A DNA stretch of 64,000 nucleotides from an uncultured Chloroflexia bacterium (GCA_963754485.1 CAVWFY010000011.1:156833-220832), one strand, 5' to 3'; counted from the stretch's first letter, positions 18,153 through 31,490 are shown. Numbers and translations: made by a program. Notes: a model not told the origin generated them from the letters alone.

Positions 18153-19178
18153 GTGACGCTCGCATCAACCAAGCGCATCGGCGCACTCGCCCTGGCTGCG
18201 ACGGTCCTCGTCGCAGCGTGCGGCAGCTCGACGGCCACGTCCGCCCCCGCCAGCGGCGCTCCTGCCGGTGGTGGCGTGACCGGCGCCATCAACGTGTCCG
18301 GCTCGTCCACCGTCGAGCCGATCTCCACGGGTGTGGCCGAGGCGTTCGCGGCCGCCAACGCAGAGTTCACCTACACCGTCGAGGGCCCCGGAACCGGCGA
18401 CGGGTTCAAGAAGTTCTGCGCGGGCGAGACCGACATCTCCGACGCCTCCCGCAAGATCAAGGACGAGGAGGCCAAGGCCTGCGCCGACGCCGGCATCGAG
18501 TATGTCGAGCTCAAGGTCGCGATCGACGGCATGTCCGTCCTGACCTCGGTGAACAACAAGGCGGTCGCCTGCCTCAGCCTCGCTGATCTATACGCGCTGA
18601 TCGGACCCGAGTCCACCGGGTTCGCCAAGTGGAGTGACGCCGCGGCGCTTGGCAAGGAGCTCGGGTCCAACACCGTCTTCCCCGACGCAGACCTCTCCAT
18701 CACCGGGCCCGGCGAGGAGTCCGGCACGTTCGACAGCTTCGTCGAGCTCGCGATCGCGAAGACCGCCGAGAAGCGTGGCCAGGAACCCAATACCCGCCCC
18801 GACTACACCGCCTCGTCCAACGACAATGCGATCATCGACGGGATCTCGGGCAGCGACACGTCGCTCGGCTGGGTGGGCTTCGCCTTCGCCGAGGAGAACA
18901 GGGACAAGGTCAGCGAGATCCAGGTCTCCAAGGACGTCAACGGGACCTGCGTCGCCCCGACTCCCGAGACCATCACCGACGGCTCGTACCCGCTCTCCCG
19001 CGACCTCTTCATCTACGTCAACAAGGCCAAGGCAGCCGCGAACCCCGCCGTCGTCGCCTACGTCGACTACTACCTGGCCGACGGGACGATCGACTCGGTC
19101 CTCCAGACCGTCCCCTACGTCGGCCTCACGGCCGAGGCGCTCGCCGAGACGCGGGCGACCTGGGACGCGTCGAAGTAG
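18153..19178 (+). CDS. pstS: Phosphate ABC transporter substrate-binding lipoprotein PstS
   Basis: AGGAGA RBS at 18141-18146, GTG start, lipobox LVAAC, PstS-like body. Confidence 0.9.
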   Translation: MTLASTKRIGALALAATVLVAACGSSTATSAPASGAPAGGGVTGAINVSGSSTVEPISTGVAEAFAAANAEFTYTVEGPGTGDGFKKFCAGETDISDASRKIKDEEAKACADAGIEYVELKVAIDGMSVLTSVNNKAVACLSLADLYALIGPESTGFAKWSDAAALGKELGSNTVFPDADLSITGPGEESGTFDSFVELAIAKTAEKRGQEPNTRPDYTASSNDNAIIDGISGSDTSLGWVGFAFAEENRDKVSEIQVSKDVNGTCVAPTPETITDGSYPLSRDLFIYVNKAKAAANPAVVAYVDYYLADGTIDSVLQTVPYVGLTAEALAETRATWDASK

Positions 19179-19199
19179 CCCTGCGGCCCTTCTCCTCCG

Positions 19200-19236
19200 C
19201 GAACGGGCCGGCGCGCTTGGGCGCCCGGCTCGTTCG
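19200..19236 (+). promoter_or_regulatory. GC-rich stem-loop between pstS and pstC (intra-operon attenuator or mRNA-stability element)
   Basis: cgaacgggccggcgcgc-ttgg-gcgcccggctcgttcg imperfect inverted repeat read directly. Confidence 0.35.
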
Positions 19237-19289
19237 TTCCCGTATCCTCGCCACCTACCCTCCGACCACACAGGAGCCGTGACCAGCTG

Positions 19290-20219
19290 ATGGCCCAGGC
19301 AAGTCCAGCCCTCCCGGCCGGGATGTCGCTGCGCGGCAGCGCCCGGCGGCGACGTCGCGAGACCATCGTCCGCGGCCTGTTCCTCGCCGCGTCGCTGGTC
19401 ACCATCCTGATCAGCTTGTTCATCATCGAAACGGTCCTTGTCGAGGCGATCAGCTTCCTGTCGCAGATCGATCTCGGCCAGCTGTTCGGCATCGGGTGGT
19501 TCCCACGCCGCGGCATCTTCGACGTCTCGACGATCGTGATCGGGACCCTCATCGTCACGGCGATCGCCATGGTGATCGCGACGCCGGTCGGCATCTTCTC
19601 GGCGATCTACCTCTCCGAGTACGCCACACCCCGCTTCCGGCGGACCGTCAAGCCGGTCCTCGAGGTCCTCGCGGGCATCCCCAGCGTCGTCCTGGGGTTC
19701 TTCGCCCTGACGCTGCTCACGCCGTCGGTCATCAGGCCGCTGTTCGAGGAGGCTAACTCGTTCAACCTCGCGGCCGCGGGGCTGGGCGTCGGAATCCTGT
19801 CGATCCCCCTGGTCGCCTCCGTCGCCGAGGACGCGATGCGCGCGGTGCCCCAGAACCTGCGCGAGGCTTCCTACGGCCTCGGCGCCCGCAAGATCACGAC
19901 GTCACTCCGGGTGGTCTTCCCGGCCGCGATCTCGGGCATCGTGGCCGCGCTCATGCTCGCGACCAGCCGCGCGATCGGCGAGACCATGGTGGTGGCGGTC
20001 GCCGCTGGTGCTCCCCAGGCGCGGACGCTCAACCCACTCGACCCGGGCGGCACGATGACCTCCGCCATGGTCGGGCTGGCCACGGGCAGCGACCAGGTGA
20101 CCGGCAACAGTGCGGCCTTCCAGAGCCTGTTCTTCATCGGGCTCCTGCTGTTCCTCATCACGCTCGTCCTGAACGTCGTGGGCGACGCGTTCGTCCGGCG
20201 CGCCCGGCAGAAGTATTAG
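19290..20219 (+). CDS. pstC: Phosphate ABC transporter permease PstC
   Basis: Six TM helices, EAA-like loop, and position after pstS. Confidence 0.9.
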   Translation: MAQASPALPAGMSLRGSARRRRRETIVRGLFLAASLVTILISLFIIETVLVEAISFLSQIDLGQLFGIGWFPRRGIFDVSTIVIGTLIVTAIAMVIATPVGIFSAIYLSEYATPRFRRTVKPVLEVLAGIPSVVLGFFALTLLTPSVIRPLFEEANSFNLAAAGLGVGILSIPLVASVAEDAMRAVPQNLREASYGLGARKITTSLRVVFPAAISGIVAALMLATSRAIGETMVVAVAAGAPQARTLNPLDPGGTMTSAMVGLATGSDQVTGNSAAFQSLFFIGLLLFLITLVLNVVGDAFVRRARQKY

Positions 20220-20229
20220 GAGCTCGACG

Positions 20230-21171
20230 ATGTCCTCCATCGGCTCCTCCGCCGCGGCAACAAGCGCGAGCGTGCGTGCAGGGATCACGGGCGCCGGGCG
20301 GCGTGACGTCTGGGGCTACGTCTTCCAGGCCTTGCTCCTCGGAAGCCTGCTGGTCTCGCTCGCGATCCTGTTCGTCCTGATCGCGGACGTCCTGGGCCGC
20401 GCGGTCCCGGTCTTCGCGGACCGCGGGCTCGGGTTCCTCACCTCGCCCCTGTCGTCCAACCCCGCCAAGGCCGGGATCGTCCAGGGCCTCGTCGGCACGG
20501 CAATCCTGGCAGCCATCGTGGCGCTCCTGGCCTTCCCCTTCGGCCTGGCCACCGCGATCTACCTCGAGGAATACGCCGCCGACACCAAGCTCACCCGCTT
20601 CATCCAGATCAATATCCGCAACCTCGCGGGCGTCCCGTCGGTGGTCTACGGCCTGTTGGGCCTGTCGGTCTTCGTCGCGTTCATGAACTCAGTGGACGGA
20701 GGTGGGTCCGGGCGCAACATCCTGGCCGGTGGCATCACGCTGGCTGTGCTGGTGCTGCCGATCGTGATCATCACCTCCATCGAAGCGTTGCGGTCCGTGC
20801 CGAACACCATCAGGGAGGCGGGCTACGGCGTGGGGGCCTCGCGCTGGGAGGTGACGCGCCAGCTCGTGCTTCCCTCGGCAGCACCCGGAATCCTGACCGG
20901 CACGGTGCTCGCGCTCTCCCGGGCGCTGGGCGAGACCGCGCCGCTGATCCTGGTCGGGGCCGTCCTCGGATCGTTCTCCGGGCTGTCCATCTCGACCTTG
21001 TTCACCGGCAGCTACACCGCCCTGCCGGTCATCGTGTACGACTGGGCCCGCAAGCCGCAGGAGGCCTTCCGGGCCGACGCCGCCGCAGCCATCGTCGTCC
21101 TGCTCATCATTACGATCGTCGCGAACGTGATCGCGATCCTCCTGCGCAGTCGCTACGAGCGGGCCTGGTGA
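20230..21171 (+). CDS. pstA: Phosphate ABC transporter permease PstA
   Basis: Permease homology and operon position. Confidence 0.9.
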   Translation: MSSIGSSAAATSASVRAGITGAGRRDVWGYVFQALLLGSLLVSLAILFVLIADVLGRAVPVFADRGLGFLTSPLSSNPAKAGIVQGLVGTAILAAIVALLAFPFGLATAIYLEEYAADTKLTRFIQINIRNLAGVPSVVYGLLGLSVFVAFMNSVDGGGSGRNILAGGITLAVLVLPIVIITSIEALRSVPNTIREAGYGVGASRWEVTRQLVLPSAAPGILTGTVLALSRALGETAPLILVGAVLGSFSGLSISTLFTGSYTALPVIVYDWARKPQEAFRADAAAAIVVLLIITIVANVIAILLRSRYERAW

Positions 21172-22076
21172 TGCCCGACACCACCGGAGAGCCCATGACC
21201 GCCCCGACCATATTCGTCCCCGAGTCCCCCTCGCCGGCTGCGCCCGGACCGGCAGTGCCAATCCACGTCGAGCGCCCGTCGGAGGGCGACGGTGCGGTCG
21301 CGTCCCCCAGGGGCGAGGACGTCATCCGCATCGAGAACCTGGACTTCTACTACTCCAAGTTCCGCGCGGTGAAGGGCATCAGCATCGCGTTCGAAGCGCG
21401 CAAGATCACCGCCCTCATCGGTCCGTCTGGCTGCGGCAAGTCCACCCTGCTCCGGACCATCAACCGGATGAACGACCTGATCACGGGGACCCGCGTCGAG
21501 GGCAAGGTGCTCTACCACGATGTGGACCTCTATGCGAAGGACGTGGACGCGGTCGAGGTCCGCCGGCGGATCGGGATGGTGTTCCAGAAGGCGAACCCCT
21601 TCCCGAAGTCGATCTACGACAACGTCGCGTTCGGCCCCCGGATCAACGGCTACAAGGGCAACATGGACGAGCTCGTCGAGTCGAGCCTGCTCCGTGCCGC
21701 CCTCTGGGACGATGTGAAGGACAAGCTCAAGCAGTCCGGCCTGGCCCTCTCGGGCGGCCAGCAGCAGCGTCTGTGCATCGCGCGGGCCATCGCGACCAGC
21801 CCGGATGTCATCCTGATGGACGAGCCGTGCTCCGCACTGGACCCGCGCTCCACGCTCCAGATCGAGGAGCTGATGTTCGAGCTCAAGGAGCAGTACACGA
21901 TCGTCATCGTGACCCACAACATGCAGCAGGCCGCCCGCGCGTCGGACTACACGGTGTTCCTGAACATGGCCGACGATCGGGCGGGATACGTCGTTGAAGA
22001 GGGGCCGACGCTGGGCATCTTCACGAACCCCCAGAACCAGCTCACCGAGGATTACGTCTCCGGCCGGTTCGGCTGA
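21168..22076 (+). CDS. pstB: Phosphate ABC transporter ATP-binding protein PstB
   Basis: [31 protein letters not shown]; the start overlaps the pstA stop (GTGA). Confidence 0.9.
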   Translation: MMPDTTGEPMTAPTIFVPESPSPAAPGPAVPIHVERPSEGDGAVASPRGEDVIRIENLDFYYSKFRAVKGISIAFEARKITALIGPSGCGKSTLLRTINRMNDLITGTRVEGKVLYHDVDLYAKDVDAVEVRRRIGMVFQKANPFPKSIYDNVAFGPRINGYKGNMDELVESSLLRAALWDDVKDKLKQSGLALSGGQQQRLCIARAIATSPDVILMDEPCSALDPRSTLQIEELMFELKEQYTIVIVTHNMQQAARASDYTVFLNMADDRAGYVVEEGPTLGIFTNPQNQLTEDYVSGRFG

Positions 22077-22095
22077 GCGGCGGAGGAGCAACCCC

Positions 22096-22869
22096 ATGGA
22101 CAACCAGCACGGCTCCGGTCCGCACGTGGCGGACGCCTTCGGCGGCAGCTTCGACGATCTCTCGCCGGCCCAACCCGTCGAAGCGCCGGGTCCCGCCTTC
22201 CCGCCCACCCACGGGATCCGCAGCGCCTACGACCGCGAGATCGCGGAGGTCAAGGACAACGTCCTGCGAATGGGCTCCATGGTGGAGGCGCAGATCCATG
22301 CGGCGATCGGGTCGCTCGTGGCGCACGACGCCGATGCCGCCACGCAGGTGATCCTCGACGACCGGCAGATCAACGAGGTCCAGCGCAAGGCCACGGCGAT
22401 GATCGCCGCCGTGATCGCAACCCAGAACCCCGTGGCCCGCGACCTGCGCTACCTGCTGACCCTGGACCACGTGAGCTACGAGCTGGAGCGCATGGGCGAC
22501 CACGCTGGCTCCGTGGCCAAGCAGGCACGCAAGCTGGCCCCCTACCCGCCCCTCAAGGACTACGTGCTGCTGCCGCAGCTGGGCGAGCGGGTGGCGGACC
22601 TGGTGCAGGGCATCATCCGGGCCCTCGTGGACGTCGACCAGGACCGGGCGCGCGAGGTGGCCAAGCTGGACGACGAGGTGGACGAGCTGTACCACCGCAT
22701 CTTCAGCGAGGTGCTGGAGCTGATGCGGACCGACCCGGCCAACGTGGATCCCGGGACGCGGATCCTGTTCGCCGCCCACTACCTCGAGCGCATCGGCGAC
22801 CGCGTCACCAACATCGCCGAGGACATCGTGTTCCTCGCCTCGGGCGAGGTAGAGGACCTGAACCAGTGA
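22096..22869 (+). CDS. phoU: Phosphate signalling complex protein PhoU
   Basis: Two PhoU repeats (ELERMGDHAGSVAK and ERIGDRVTNIAEDIVF); start taken at MDNQHGS. Confidence 0.85.
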   Translation: MDNQHGSGPHVADAFGGSFDDLSPAQPVEAPGPAFPPTHGIRSAYDREIAEVKDNVLRMGSMVEAQIHAAIGSLVAHDADAATQVILDDRQINEVQRKATAMIAAVIATQNPVARDLRYLLTLDHVSYELERMGDHAGSVAKQARKLAPYPPLKDYVLLPQLGERVADLVQGIIRALVDVDQDRAREVAKLDDEVDELYHRIFSEVLELMRTDPANVDPGTRILFAAHYLERIGDRVTNIAEDIVFLASGEVEDLNQ

Positions 22870-23378
22870 GCCAGCCGCAAGACCGGGACGACCATCACGA
22901 TCACGGCGCGTTCCACGGCGAGGCGGCCCCCGTCCGGGTCCTCGTCGTGTGCACCGGCAACAGCGCCCGCTCGATCCTCGGCGAGGCGCTCCTGCGACAC
23001 CTCGGTGGCGACCGGATCGAGGCCCACTCCGCGGGCACGCACCCGGGCCCGGTCAACCCGCTGAGCCTGCGCGTCCTCGAGGAGGCCGGCATTTCGACGG
23101 AGGGGCTTCGCTCCAAGTCCATCAACGAGTACCTGGGCCAGAGGTTCGACTACGTGATCACCGTGTGCGACGACGCCCGCGACGCGTGCCCGGTCTTCCC
23201 GGGTGTCCACGAGTCCATGCACTGGGGGTTTCCGGACCCGGCGAAGGCCACAGGAACAGACGAGGTCCGGCTCGCGGCGTTCCGCTCCGTGCTGACGGGC
23301 CTCGGACAGCGGATCCACCAGTTCCTCCCCCTGGCGGAGCGCTACGCTGCCCAGCGAACACCCATCGAGCTCGCATGA
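22866..23378 (+). CDS. Arsenate reductase ArsC / low-molecular-weight protein-tyrosine-phosphatase family enzyme
   Basis: P-loop VLVVCTGNSARS (CX5R) plus downstream Cys pair (ITVCDDARDACPVF); ATGA overlap with phoU. Confidence 0.75.
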   Translation: MSQPQDRDDHHDHGAFHGEAAPVRVLVVCTGNSARSILGEALLRHLGGDRIEAHSAGTHPGPVNPLSLRVLEEAGISTEGLRSKSINEYLGQRFDYVITVCDDARDACPVFPGVHESMHWGFPDPAKATGTDEVRLAAFRSVLTGLGQRIHQFLPLAERYAAQRTPIELA

Positions 23379-23857
23379 CCACGCTGTTCCTCCTGCGCCA
23401 CGCGCACGCCGGCGATCCCGAGCGCTGGACCGGCGACGACGACCTGCGTCCGCTCACCGACAAGGGCCGGCGCCAGGCGGAGCGGGTCGGGAACCTGCTC
23501 GCCGCCGCGGACGAGGCACCGGATCTCGTGGTCACCTCCCCGCTGGCACGCGCCGATGAGACCGCGCGGATCGTGGCGGCGGCGCTGGACGTGCCGGTCG
23601 TGGTGGACCGGCGGCTCGTCGGATCGCTGTACGCGGAGGTGGTCCAGGACGTCCTCGCGGCCGCCGGCCCGGCGGAGCGGCCATGCATCGTCGGCCACGA
23701 CCCGGACTTCTCATCCCTGCTCGGCGAACTGATCGGCGTGGCGGCCGTCCCCATGCGCAAGGGAGCCCTGGCGCGGGTGGACTTCGAGGGGCACGTGCGC
23801 AGCGGACGCGGGACGCTGCGGTACCTGGTGCCGCCGGAGATCCTGTCGGGACGCTAG
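23375..23857 (+). CDS. SixA-like histidine phosphatase (phosphoglycerate-mutase superfamily)
   Basis: LLRHAHA catalytic motif, 160 aa; ATGA overlap with the preceding gene. Confidence 0.7.
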   Translation: MTTLFLLRHAHAGDPERWTGDDDLRPLTDKGRRQAERVGNLLAAADEAPDLVVTSPLARADETARIVAAALDVPVVVDRRLVGSLYAEVVQDVLAAAGPAERPCIVGHDPDFSSLLGELIGVAAVPMRKGALARVDFEGHVRSGRGTLRYLVPPEILSGR

Positions 23858-23899
23858 CCGGTCCCTGGCCGCTCGCCCCCGGCCGCGAACCCGTCTAGA

Positions 23900-24706
23900 T
23901 CAGCCCAGGCGCGTCCAGGACCAGCGCATCGAGTGCGTCAACGGCCGGCCCGGGACCACCACGTCCGGCGAGCTGCTGGCGCCGTCCCGCGAGTGCCCCA
24001 GGCCATCGGGCGGCCCCGACTGGGGCTCCACGCAGATCGCGTGCTCCGGCATCGAGTAGACCACCCACCAAGGGCAGGTGGACGCGATCGACAGGCGCAG
24101 CAGGCCGGGCCACTCCAGGACGGGGTCCGCGGCGAGATCCGTGAACGCGTCGTCCCAGGGGCCCGCGGTCGGCGGCACAATCTCCCCTGTCGGGATCCCG
24201 TCGGCACCGCGCACCAGCATCGTGGCGGCCCGGAACGCCAGGCCCACGGGCTCGGCCCCCTCGGCGAGGACGCGGCGGAACCACGGGTGCCAGCCGACCA
24301 CGACGGGCATCGGCTCGTCAGCCTCCACGGTCATTGTCACCTCGAGCCGGTCGTCGAGCAGGACGAAGCGCTGCTCCACCCGGCCACGGAACGGCCAGCG
24401 ATCGTCGAGGTCGATGCCGATGGTGTCTTCGGCCACGACTGACCATGGCCGGTCGTACACGACGCCGTGGATGGCGTGGGGGGCCATGGTGATGGGCAGC
24501 TGGTGTGTGCGGCCGTCGAAGGAGAACCGGCCGAGGTTCACGCGCCCGGCCCATGGCGCCATCGGGTAGCTGCCCCAGGAGATCGGATCGCGGGGATCGC
24601 CGTCCACCAGCAGCTCCCGGCCCCCGATCGTGACGGAACCCAGGCGGCCACCATCGCGTGGCAGCACGACCGCGCGGGCATCGCCCGCCTCCAGCACCAG
24701 TCTCAT
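23900..24706 (-). CDS. Aldose 1-epimerase (mutarotase) family protein
   Basis: Galactose-mutarotase-like fold motifs; located downstream of the sugar ABC transporter. Confidence 0.65.
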   Translation of the reverse strand: MRLVLEAGDARAVVLPRDGGRLGSVTIGGRELLVDGDPRDPISWGSYPMAPWAGRVNLGRFSFDGRTHQLPITMAPHAIHGVVYDRPWSVVAEDTIGIDLDDRWPFRGRVEQRFVLLDDRLEVTMTVEADEPMPVVVGWHPWFRRVLAEGAEPVGLAFRAATMLVRGADGIPTGEIVPPTAGPWDDAFTDLAADPVLEWPGLLRLSIASTCPWWVVYSMPEHAICVEPQSGPPDGLGHSRDGASSSPDVVVPGRPLTHSMRWSWTRLG

Positions 24707-24848
24707 GTCGTCCACGTTCACACGCTCCGCGATTCCACGCTGCACCCGGGTCCCGGACGCACGACGCGCCGCCCGTTGGGACGGGCGGCGCGATCGCGAG
24801 GAGGAGCGAAGGTCATGCCCAGCTGCCGGCGACGTGCCGGGAACCAGG

Positions 24849-26161
24849 TCAGGCGTCCCGCGTCTTGCCCCGGATGTCGAAGTACACGGCAACGAGCAGC
24901 ACGAGGGCCTTGACCATGAACTGGTAGTCGATCGGGATGGACATCACGCCCATGCCGATGTTGAGGAGGCCGAAGAACAGGGCGCCGATGACCGTGCCGG
25001 CCACCGTGCCCACGCCACCGTACGCGGATGCGCCACCGACGAAGGTCGCCGCGATGACATCCAGCTCGAAGCCGTAACCGGCCTTGGGGGTGGCGGAGTT
25101 GAAGCGAGCGGCGATGATCATGCCGCCGAGGGCCGCCAGCACACCCATGTTGATGAACGTGAGGAAGACCATCCACTTCGCGTTGACACCGGACAGCGTC
25201 GCCGCCTTGGCGTTGCCACCGACCGCGTAGATCCGGCGTCCGATGGTGGTCTTGAGGGTCAGGAACATGTACACGCCGATCAGGATGAACGAGATCAGCG
25301 CCACGATCGGCAGGCCCTTGTAGCCCGCGAGCCGGTAGGCGATGAACATGATCCCGACGATGATCCCGACGTTGCGGAGCCAGAAGTTGGCCATGGACGG
25401 GACGGCGAAGCCGTACTTCACCTGCTCGCGTCGGGATCTCCAGCCGAGGAGGACCACGAACCCGCTGAGCACCGCACCGACCAGCAGCGTGGTCAGGTTG
25501 AGCGGGTCACCGCCCAGCGGCAGGACGAGCGGCCCGATGGCGAGCGGCGGCTTGCCGATCCCGAACGGGTCGGCCACGGTCCCGATCAGCTCCGGGATGA
25601 AGCCCGACGAGATGGCCCGGAAGCTCTCGGGGAACGGGCCCACCGGCTGGCCGCCCAGCATGAACAGCGTGGCGCCGCGGAACAGGAGCATGCCGGCCAG
25701 GGTGACGATGAACGATGGGACGCGCAGGTACGCGATCCAGGCGCCCTGGAAGACGCCGATCAGGCCGCCTGCGATCAGGGTGACGGCAACGGCGAGCAGC
25801 GGGTCGAGCTGCACCTCTCCGAAGATGGGGACCTCGACGCCGACCAGCAGCACGGCAACGATCGCGCCCAGGAAGCCGGCCACCGAGCCGACCGACAGGT
25901 CGATGTGCCCGATGACGATGACCAGCAGCATCCCCAGGGCCATCACGAGGATGTAGCCGTTCTGGAGGAAGACGTTGGTGACGTTCAGGGACTTGAGCAT
26001 CACGCCATTGGTCGTGATCTGGAAGAACACGACCACGATGAGCAGGGCGACCAGCATCCCGCCCTGGCCGATGGCGGCGCGGATCGTCGCGAGGGCGCTC
26101 GTGCTCGGGTCCGAGTAGGCGACCGGCGGGGCGCCGGGGGGGGTGACTTCCGTGGGCGCGC

Positions 26162-26165
<4 letters not shown>
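24849..26165 (-). CDS. Sugar ABC transporter permease (CUT2; XylH/AraH/GguB-like)
   Basis: 10-12 TM helices and typical CUT2 permease sequence. Confidence 0.85.
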
Positions 26166-27715
<1,550 letters not shown>

Positions 27716-27838
27716 AGCACCGCCGCCCTCTCGCCCTCGTGTAGTGGATATGGAGACTGTGGTGGATATGAAAACGCGGGTGTGCGAGGTCGGTGACCGC
27801 CGCACACCCGCGATGGTGATCCTAGTCTAAGGCAGCGC

Positions 27839-28990
27839 CTAGGGCTGAACTTCCTCGGCCGTGTAGTAGCCGGTGTCGACCAGCTCCTTGGTGACGTTGT
27901 CCTTGGTCACGGAGGTGACCGGCAGGAGGTACGACGGGACGACCTTGACGCCGTTGTCGTAGGTCGTGGTGTCGTTCACCTCGACCGTCTGGCCGGCGAG
28001 GAACTGGCCGACCATCTCGGCAACCTTGGCGGCCAGCACGCGGGTGTCCTTGAACACCGTGCTGGTCTGCTCGTCGGCGAGGATGGACTTGACGGACGGG
28101 AGCTCGGCGTCCTGGCCGGTGACCACGGGGCCGGGCTTGTCGGCGGTGTAGTAGCCGACCTGCTTCAGCGAGGCGATGATGCCGCGGCTGATGCCATCGT
28201 ACGGGGACAGGACCGCGTCAACGCGCCCATCGGCGTACTTGGAGGAGAGGATGTTGTCCATGCGGGCCTGGGCGGCGTCGCCCGACCAGCGGAGGGTGCC
28301 GACCTGCTCCGGGAACTTGGTCTCACCGGACTGGACGACAAGCTTGCCGCTGTCGATGAAGGGCTGCAGGATGGACATGGCGCCGTTGAAGAAGAACCCG
28401 GCGTTGTTGTCGTCCGGCGAGCCGGCGAAGAGCTCGATGTTGAAGGGGCCCGCGGCGTTGTTGAGGTCCAGGCTGTCGACGATCGAGCCGGCCTGGGCGA
28501 CGCCAACGTCGAAGTTGTCGAACGCGGCGTAATAGTCGACGTTCGGCGACTCGCGGATCAGGCGGTCATAGGCGAAGACCTTGATGCCCGCGTCCGCAGC
28601 CTTCTGCAGCGTGTCGGCGAGGGTGGTGCCGTCGATGGCGGCGATCACGAGGGCCTTGGCGCCCTTCGTGATCATGTTCTCGACCTGGTTGAGCTGGGTC
28701 GGGATGTCGTCCTCGGCGTACTGGAGGTCGGTCTCATAACCGGCCGCCTGCAGCGACTTGACGAGGTTGTCGCCGTCCGCGATCCAGCGGGCGGAGGACT
28801 TGGTCGGCATCGCGATGCCGACGAGGCCGCCTGCGGCGGCGACGGACTCGGCCGGGGCCTCGGTGGCAGCGGGAGCCTCGGTGGCCGCGGGGGCCTCGGT
28901 CGCGGCGGGGGCCGTGGTGGCGGCGGTGCCGCCGCACGCGGCGACGGCAAACGCGCCAGCGATGACGGCAACTGACAGGAACTTCTTCAT
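27839..28990 (-). CDS. Sugar ABC transporter substrate-binding lipoprotein (CUT2; ChvE/arabinose/xylose-binding-like)
   Basis: AGGAGGA RBS, MKKF... lipobox AACGG, (APAATE)x3 linker, periplasmic-binding fold I body. Confidence 0.85.
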   Translation of the reverse strand: MKKFLSVAVIAGAFAVAACGGTAATTAPAATEAPAATEAPAATEAPAESVAAAGGLVGIAMPTKSSARWIADGDNLVKSLQAAGYETDLQYAEDDIPTQLNQVENMITKGAKALVIAAIDGTTLADTLQKAADAGIKVFAYDRLIRESPNVDYYAAFDNFDVGVAQAGSIVDSLDLNNAAGPFNIELFAGSPDDNNAGFFFNGAMSILQPFIDSGKLVVQSGETKFPEQVGTLRWSGDAAQARMDNILSSKYADGRVDAVLSPYDGISRGIIASLKQVGYYTADKPGPVVTGQDAELPSVKSILADEQTSTVFKDTRVLAAKVAEMVGQFLAGQTVEVNDTTTYDNGVKVVPSYLLPVTSVTKDNVTKELVDTGYYTAEEVQP

Positions 28991-29127
28991 CTGTACTAGA
29001 TCTCCTCCTCTTGTGGGGCGGGTGCCCCACGGTCTCGCGTCCCCCGTTCGCCCCAGCTGCTGACGGTCATACCGCCTGTGCTGCTGGTGGAACCATGCGG
29101 CTCCAGGTCGATGTCGGTGAACGCTTG

Positions 29128-29155
29128 CCGTTATCGTTCCCGTGAACGATAACGG
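29128..29155. promoter_or_regulatory. 28-bp inverted repeat CCGTTATCGTTC-ccgt-GAACGATAACGG; candidate LacI/AraR operator
   Basis: Perfect 12-bp arms; between the araA stop and the binding-protein start; GTGAACGCT half-site at 29116-29124. Confidence 0.4.
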
Positions 29156-29252
29156 TCGCATGCTATGCGCCTGACGCACCCTGCGTCAAGCCGGTCCGTC
29201 AAGCCCGAAACCGGTTCTGAAATCGGGCCATCCGGGTGACGATCGGCCCGTC

Positions 29253-30758
29253 CTACAGCCCCTTTGCCAGCAGCCAGTAGAGGTCGTTCCACCGGAGCTG
29301 ATCGCGGAAGCCATCGATCGTGGTCGTCTCGTCGATGACCAGGATCTCGACCCCGGACATCGCAGCGAAGTCTCGCAGATGTTGCGCCGTCACGCTGAAT
29401 CCGAGGCTGGTGTGATGCGAGCCGCCCGCGTAGATCCAGGCGGCGGCGCCGGTCCGAAGGTCGGGCCGTGGGCGCCAGACGGCGCGGGCGACCGGGAGCT
29501 TCGGGAGGGGCTGCTCCGCGGGCACGACGTCGACGACGGTCGCGACCATCCGGAAGCGCTGCCCCATGTCGGTGATGCAGGCGGCCACCGCGGGTCCCGG
29601 GTGCGCGTCGAAGACGAGCCGGACCGGGTCCTCCTTGCCGCCGATGGACAGAGGATGGACCTCGAGGCGGGGGCGGTCGCCCGCGATGGACGGGCAGACC
29701 TCGAGCATGTGCGCGCCAAGGATCAGGTCGTCGTCACCCGTGAGGTGGTAGGTGTAGTCCTCCATGAACGACGTGCCGCCGGGGAGCCCGGCCGACATGA
29801 CCTTCATGGCGCGGACCATCGCAGAGGTCTTCCAGTCCCCTTCCCCGCCGAAGCCATATCCGTCGGCCATCAGGCGCTGGACGGCGAGCCCCGGGAGCTG
29901 CTTGAGGCCGTGCAGGTCCTCGAAGGTGTCGGTGAACGCGGTGAAACCGCCGTCCACCAGGAATCGGCGCAGACCGAGCTCGATCCGGGCGCCGTCACGC
30001 AGGCTCTGCGCGCGGTCGCCGCCCGGCCGGAGCTCCGCGGCCACGAGGTACTCGTCGAGGTACTGCGCCACCAGGGCGTCCACCTCCGCGTCGGAGGCCT
30101 CGTTCACGACCTTGACGAGGTCGCCCACGCCCCACGTGTTGACGGAGAAGCCGAGCCGGCGCTGGGCCTCCACCTTGTCGCCGTCCGTGACCGCGACCTC
30201 GCGCATGTTGTCGCCGAAGCGCGCGATCTTCCCGTTCTGCCAGTCGGTCTTGGCGCACGCCGCCCGCGCCCAGACTCCGATCTCCTCCTGGACCGAGGCG
30301 TCGCCCCAGTGGCCCACGACCACCTTGCGCTCCAGGCGCAGGCGGGCGGCGATGAACCCGAACTCCCGGTCGCCGTGGGCGGCCTGGTTCAGGTTCATGA
30401 AGTCCATGTCGATGTCGGCCCAGGGAATCTCGCGGTTGTACTGCGTGTGCAGGTGCAGGAACGGCTTGTCCAGGGCCTCGAGGCCGGCGATCCACATCTT
30501 GGCGGGGCTGAACGTGTGCATCCAGGTGATCAGGCCCACGCAGGCCGGGTCTGCATTGGCCTCGCGGACCAGGGCCAGGATGCCGTCCGAGCCCGTCAGG
30601 ACCGGCCTGGTTACGACGCGGACGGGGATCGCCGGCGCATCGTCCAGGGCCGCCGCAATCTGGGCCGAGTGCTGGGCGACGTGCTCCAGCGTCTCCGGAC
30701 CGTAGAGGTGCTGGCTGCCGGTGACGAACCAGACCTCGGATGCCGCCAGGTTGAGCAC
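29253..30758 (-). CDS. araA: L-arabinose isomerase
   Basis: [14 protein letters not shown]-terminus and [14 protein letters not shown]; GTG start at 30756-30758; the upstream part of the 741-aa ORF is a shadow. Confidence 0.9.
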   Translation of the reverse strand: MLNLAASEVWFVTGSQHLYGPETLEHVAQHSAQIAAALDDAPAIPVRVVTRPVLTGSDGILALVREANADPACVGLITWMHTFSPAKMWIAGLEALDKPFLHLHTQYNREIPWADIDMDFMNLNQAAHGDREFGFIAARLRLERKVVVGHWGDASVQEEIGVWARAACAKTDWQNGKIARFGDNMREVAVTDGDKVEAQRRLGFSVNTWGVGDLVKVVNEASDAEVDALVAQYLDEYLVAAELRPGGDRAQSLRDGARIELGLRRFLVDGGFTAFTDTFEDLHGLKQLPGLAVQRLMADGYGFGGEGDWKTSAMVRAMKVMSAGLPGGTSFMEDYTYHLTGDDDLILGAHMLEVCPSIAGDRPRLEVHPLSIGGKEDPVRLVFDAHPGPAVAACITDMGQRFRMVATVVDVVPAEQPLPKLPVARAVWRPRPDLRTGAAAWIYAGGSHHTSLGFSVTAQHLRDFAAMSGVEILVIDETTTIDGFRDQLRWNDLYWLLAKGL

Positions 30759-30787
30759 GTGAATCTCCCAGGGTGCGGCTCGGCGCG

Positions 30788-31435
30788 TCAGCGCTGGCCG
30801 TAGACGTTCATATAGCGGTCGTGGAGCCTGGCCACGACATCCTCGGGGAGGACATCGGGCGTGCCCAGCTGGAGGGCCATGAAGACCGTCGCGGCCACAT
30901 CCTCGGTCATGACGGCGGCCTTGACGGCCGCCTTGGCCGTGGGGCCGATCGTGAACACGCCGTGGTTCTTGAGCAGGATCGCGGGCGAGGCGCCGATGCC
31001 CTCGACCACGAGCTTGCCGATCCCCTCGTCGCCGATCAGCGTGAAGCCCGCGCACGGGATCTCGCCGCCGAACTCGTCCGCCTGGGCGGTGAGGTAGACG
31101 GGGATCGACCGCCCCACGGCCGCGAACGCGGTCGCGTAGCGGGAGTGCGTGTGCACGACCCCGTTCACGTCCGGTCGGTGGCGGTAGATGTAGAGGTGGC
31201 TCGCCGTGTCGGAGCTGGGCGAGTAGCTGCCCTCCACGACCGTCCCGTCGGGATCCACGACAACCATCGTCTCCGCGGTCAGGTCCTCGTAGCGGACGCC
31301 GGAGGGCTTGATCGCCACCAGGCCCGTCTCCGGGTCGCGGGCGGACACGTTGCCGCCCGTCCAGCGCACCAGGTCGTTCGCGGGCAACTCCGCATGGAGC
31401 GCCACGAGTTGCTCGCGCAGTGTCGCGAGGCGCAT
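30788..31435 (-). CDS. araD: L-ribulose-5-phosphate 4-epimerase
   Basis: Class II aldolase/adducin fold with metal-binding His residues (HTHS...H); start taken at [10 protein letters not shown]. Confidence 0.85.
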   Translation of the reverse strand: MRLATLREQLVALHAELPANDLVRWTGGNVSARDPETGLVAIKPSGVRYEDLTAETMVVVDPDGTVVEGSYSPSSDTASHLYIYRHRPDVNGVVHTHSRYATAFAAVGRSIPVYLTAQADEFGGEIPCAGFTLIGDEGIGKLVVEGIGASPAILLKNHGVFTIGPTAKAAVKAAVMTEDVAATVFMALQLGTPDVLPEDVVARLHDRYMNVYGQR

Positions 31436-31490
31436 CAGCCCACCTCTGTCGTGACCCGCGGCGCCACCGTCGTGACAATCGGCGCGCGGA

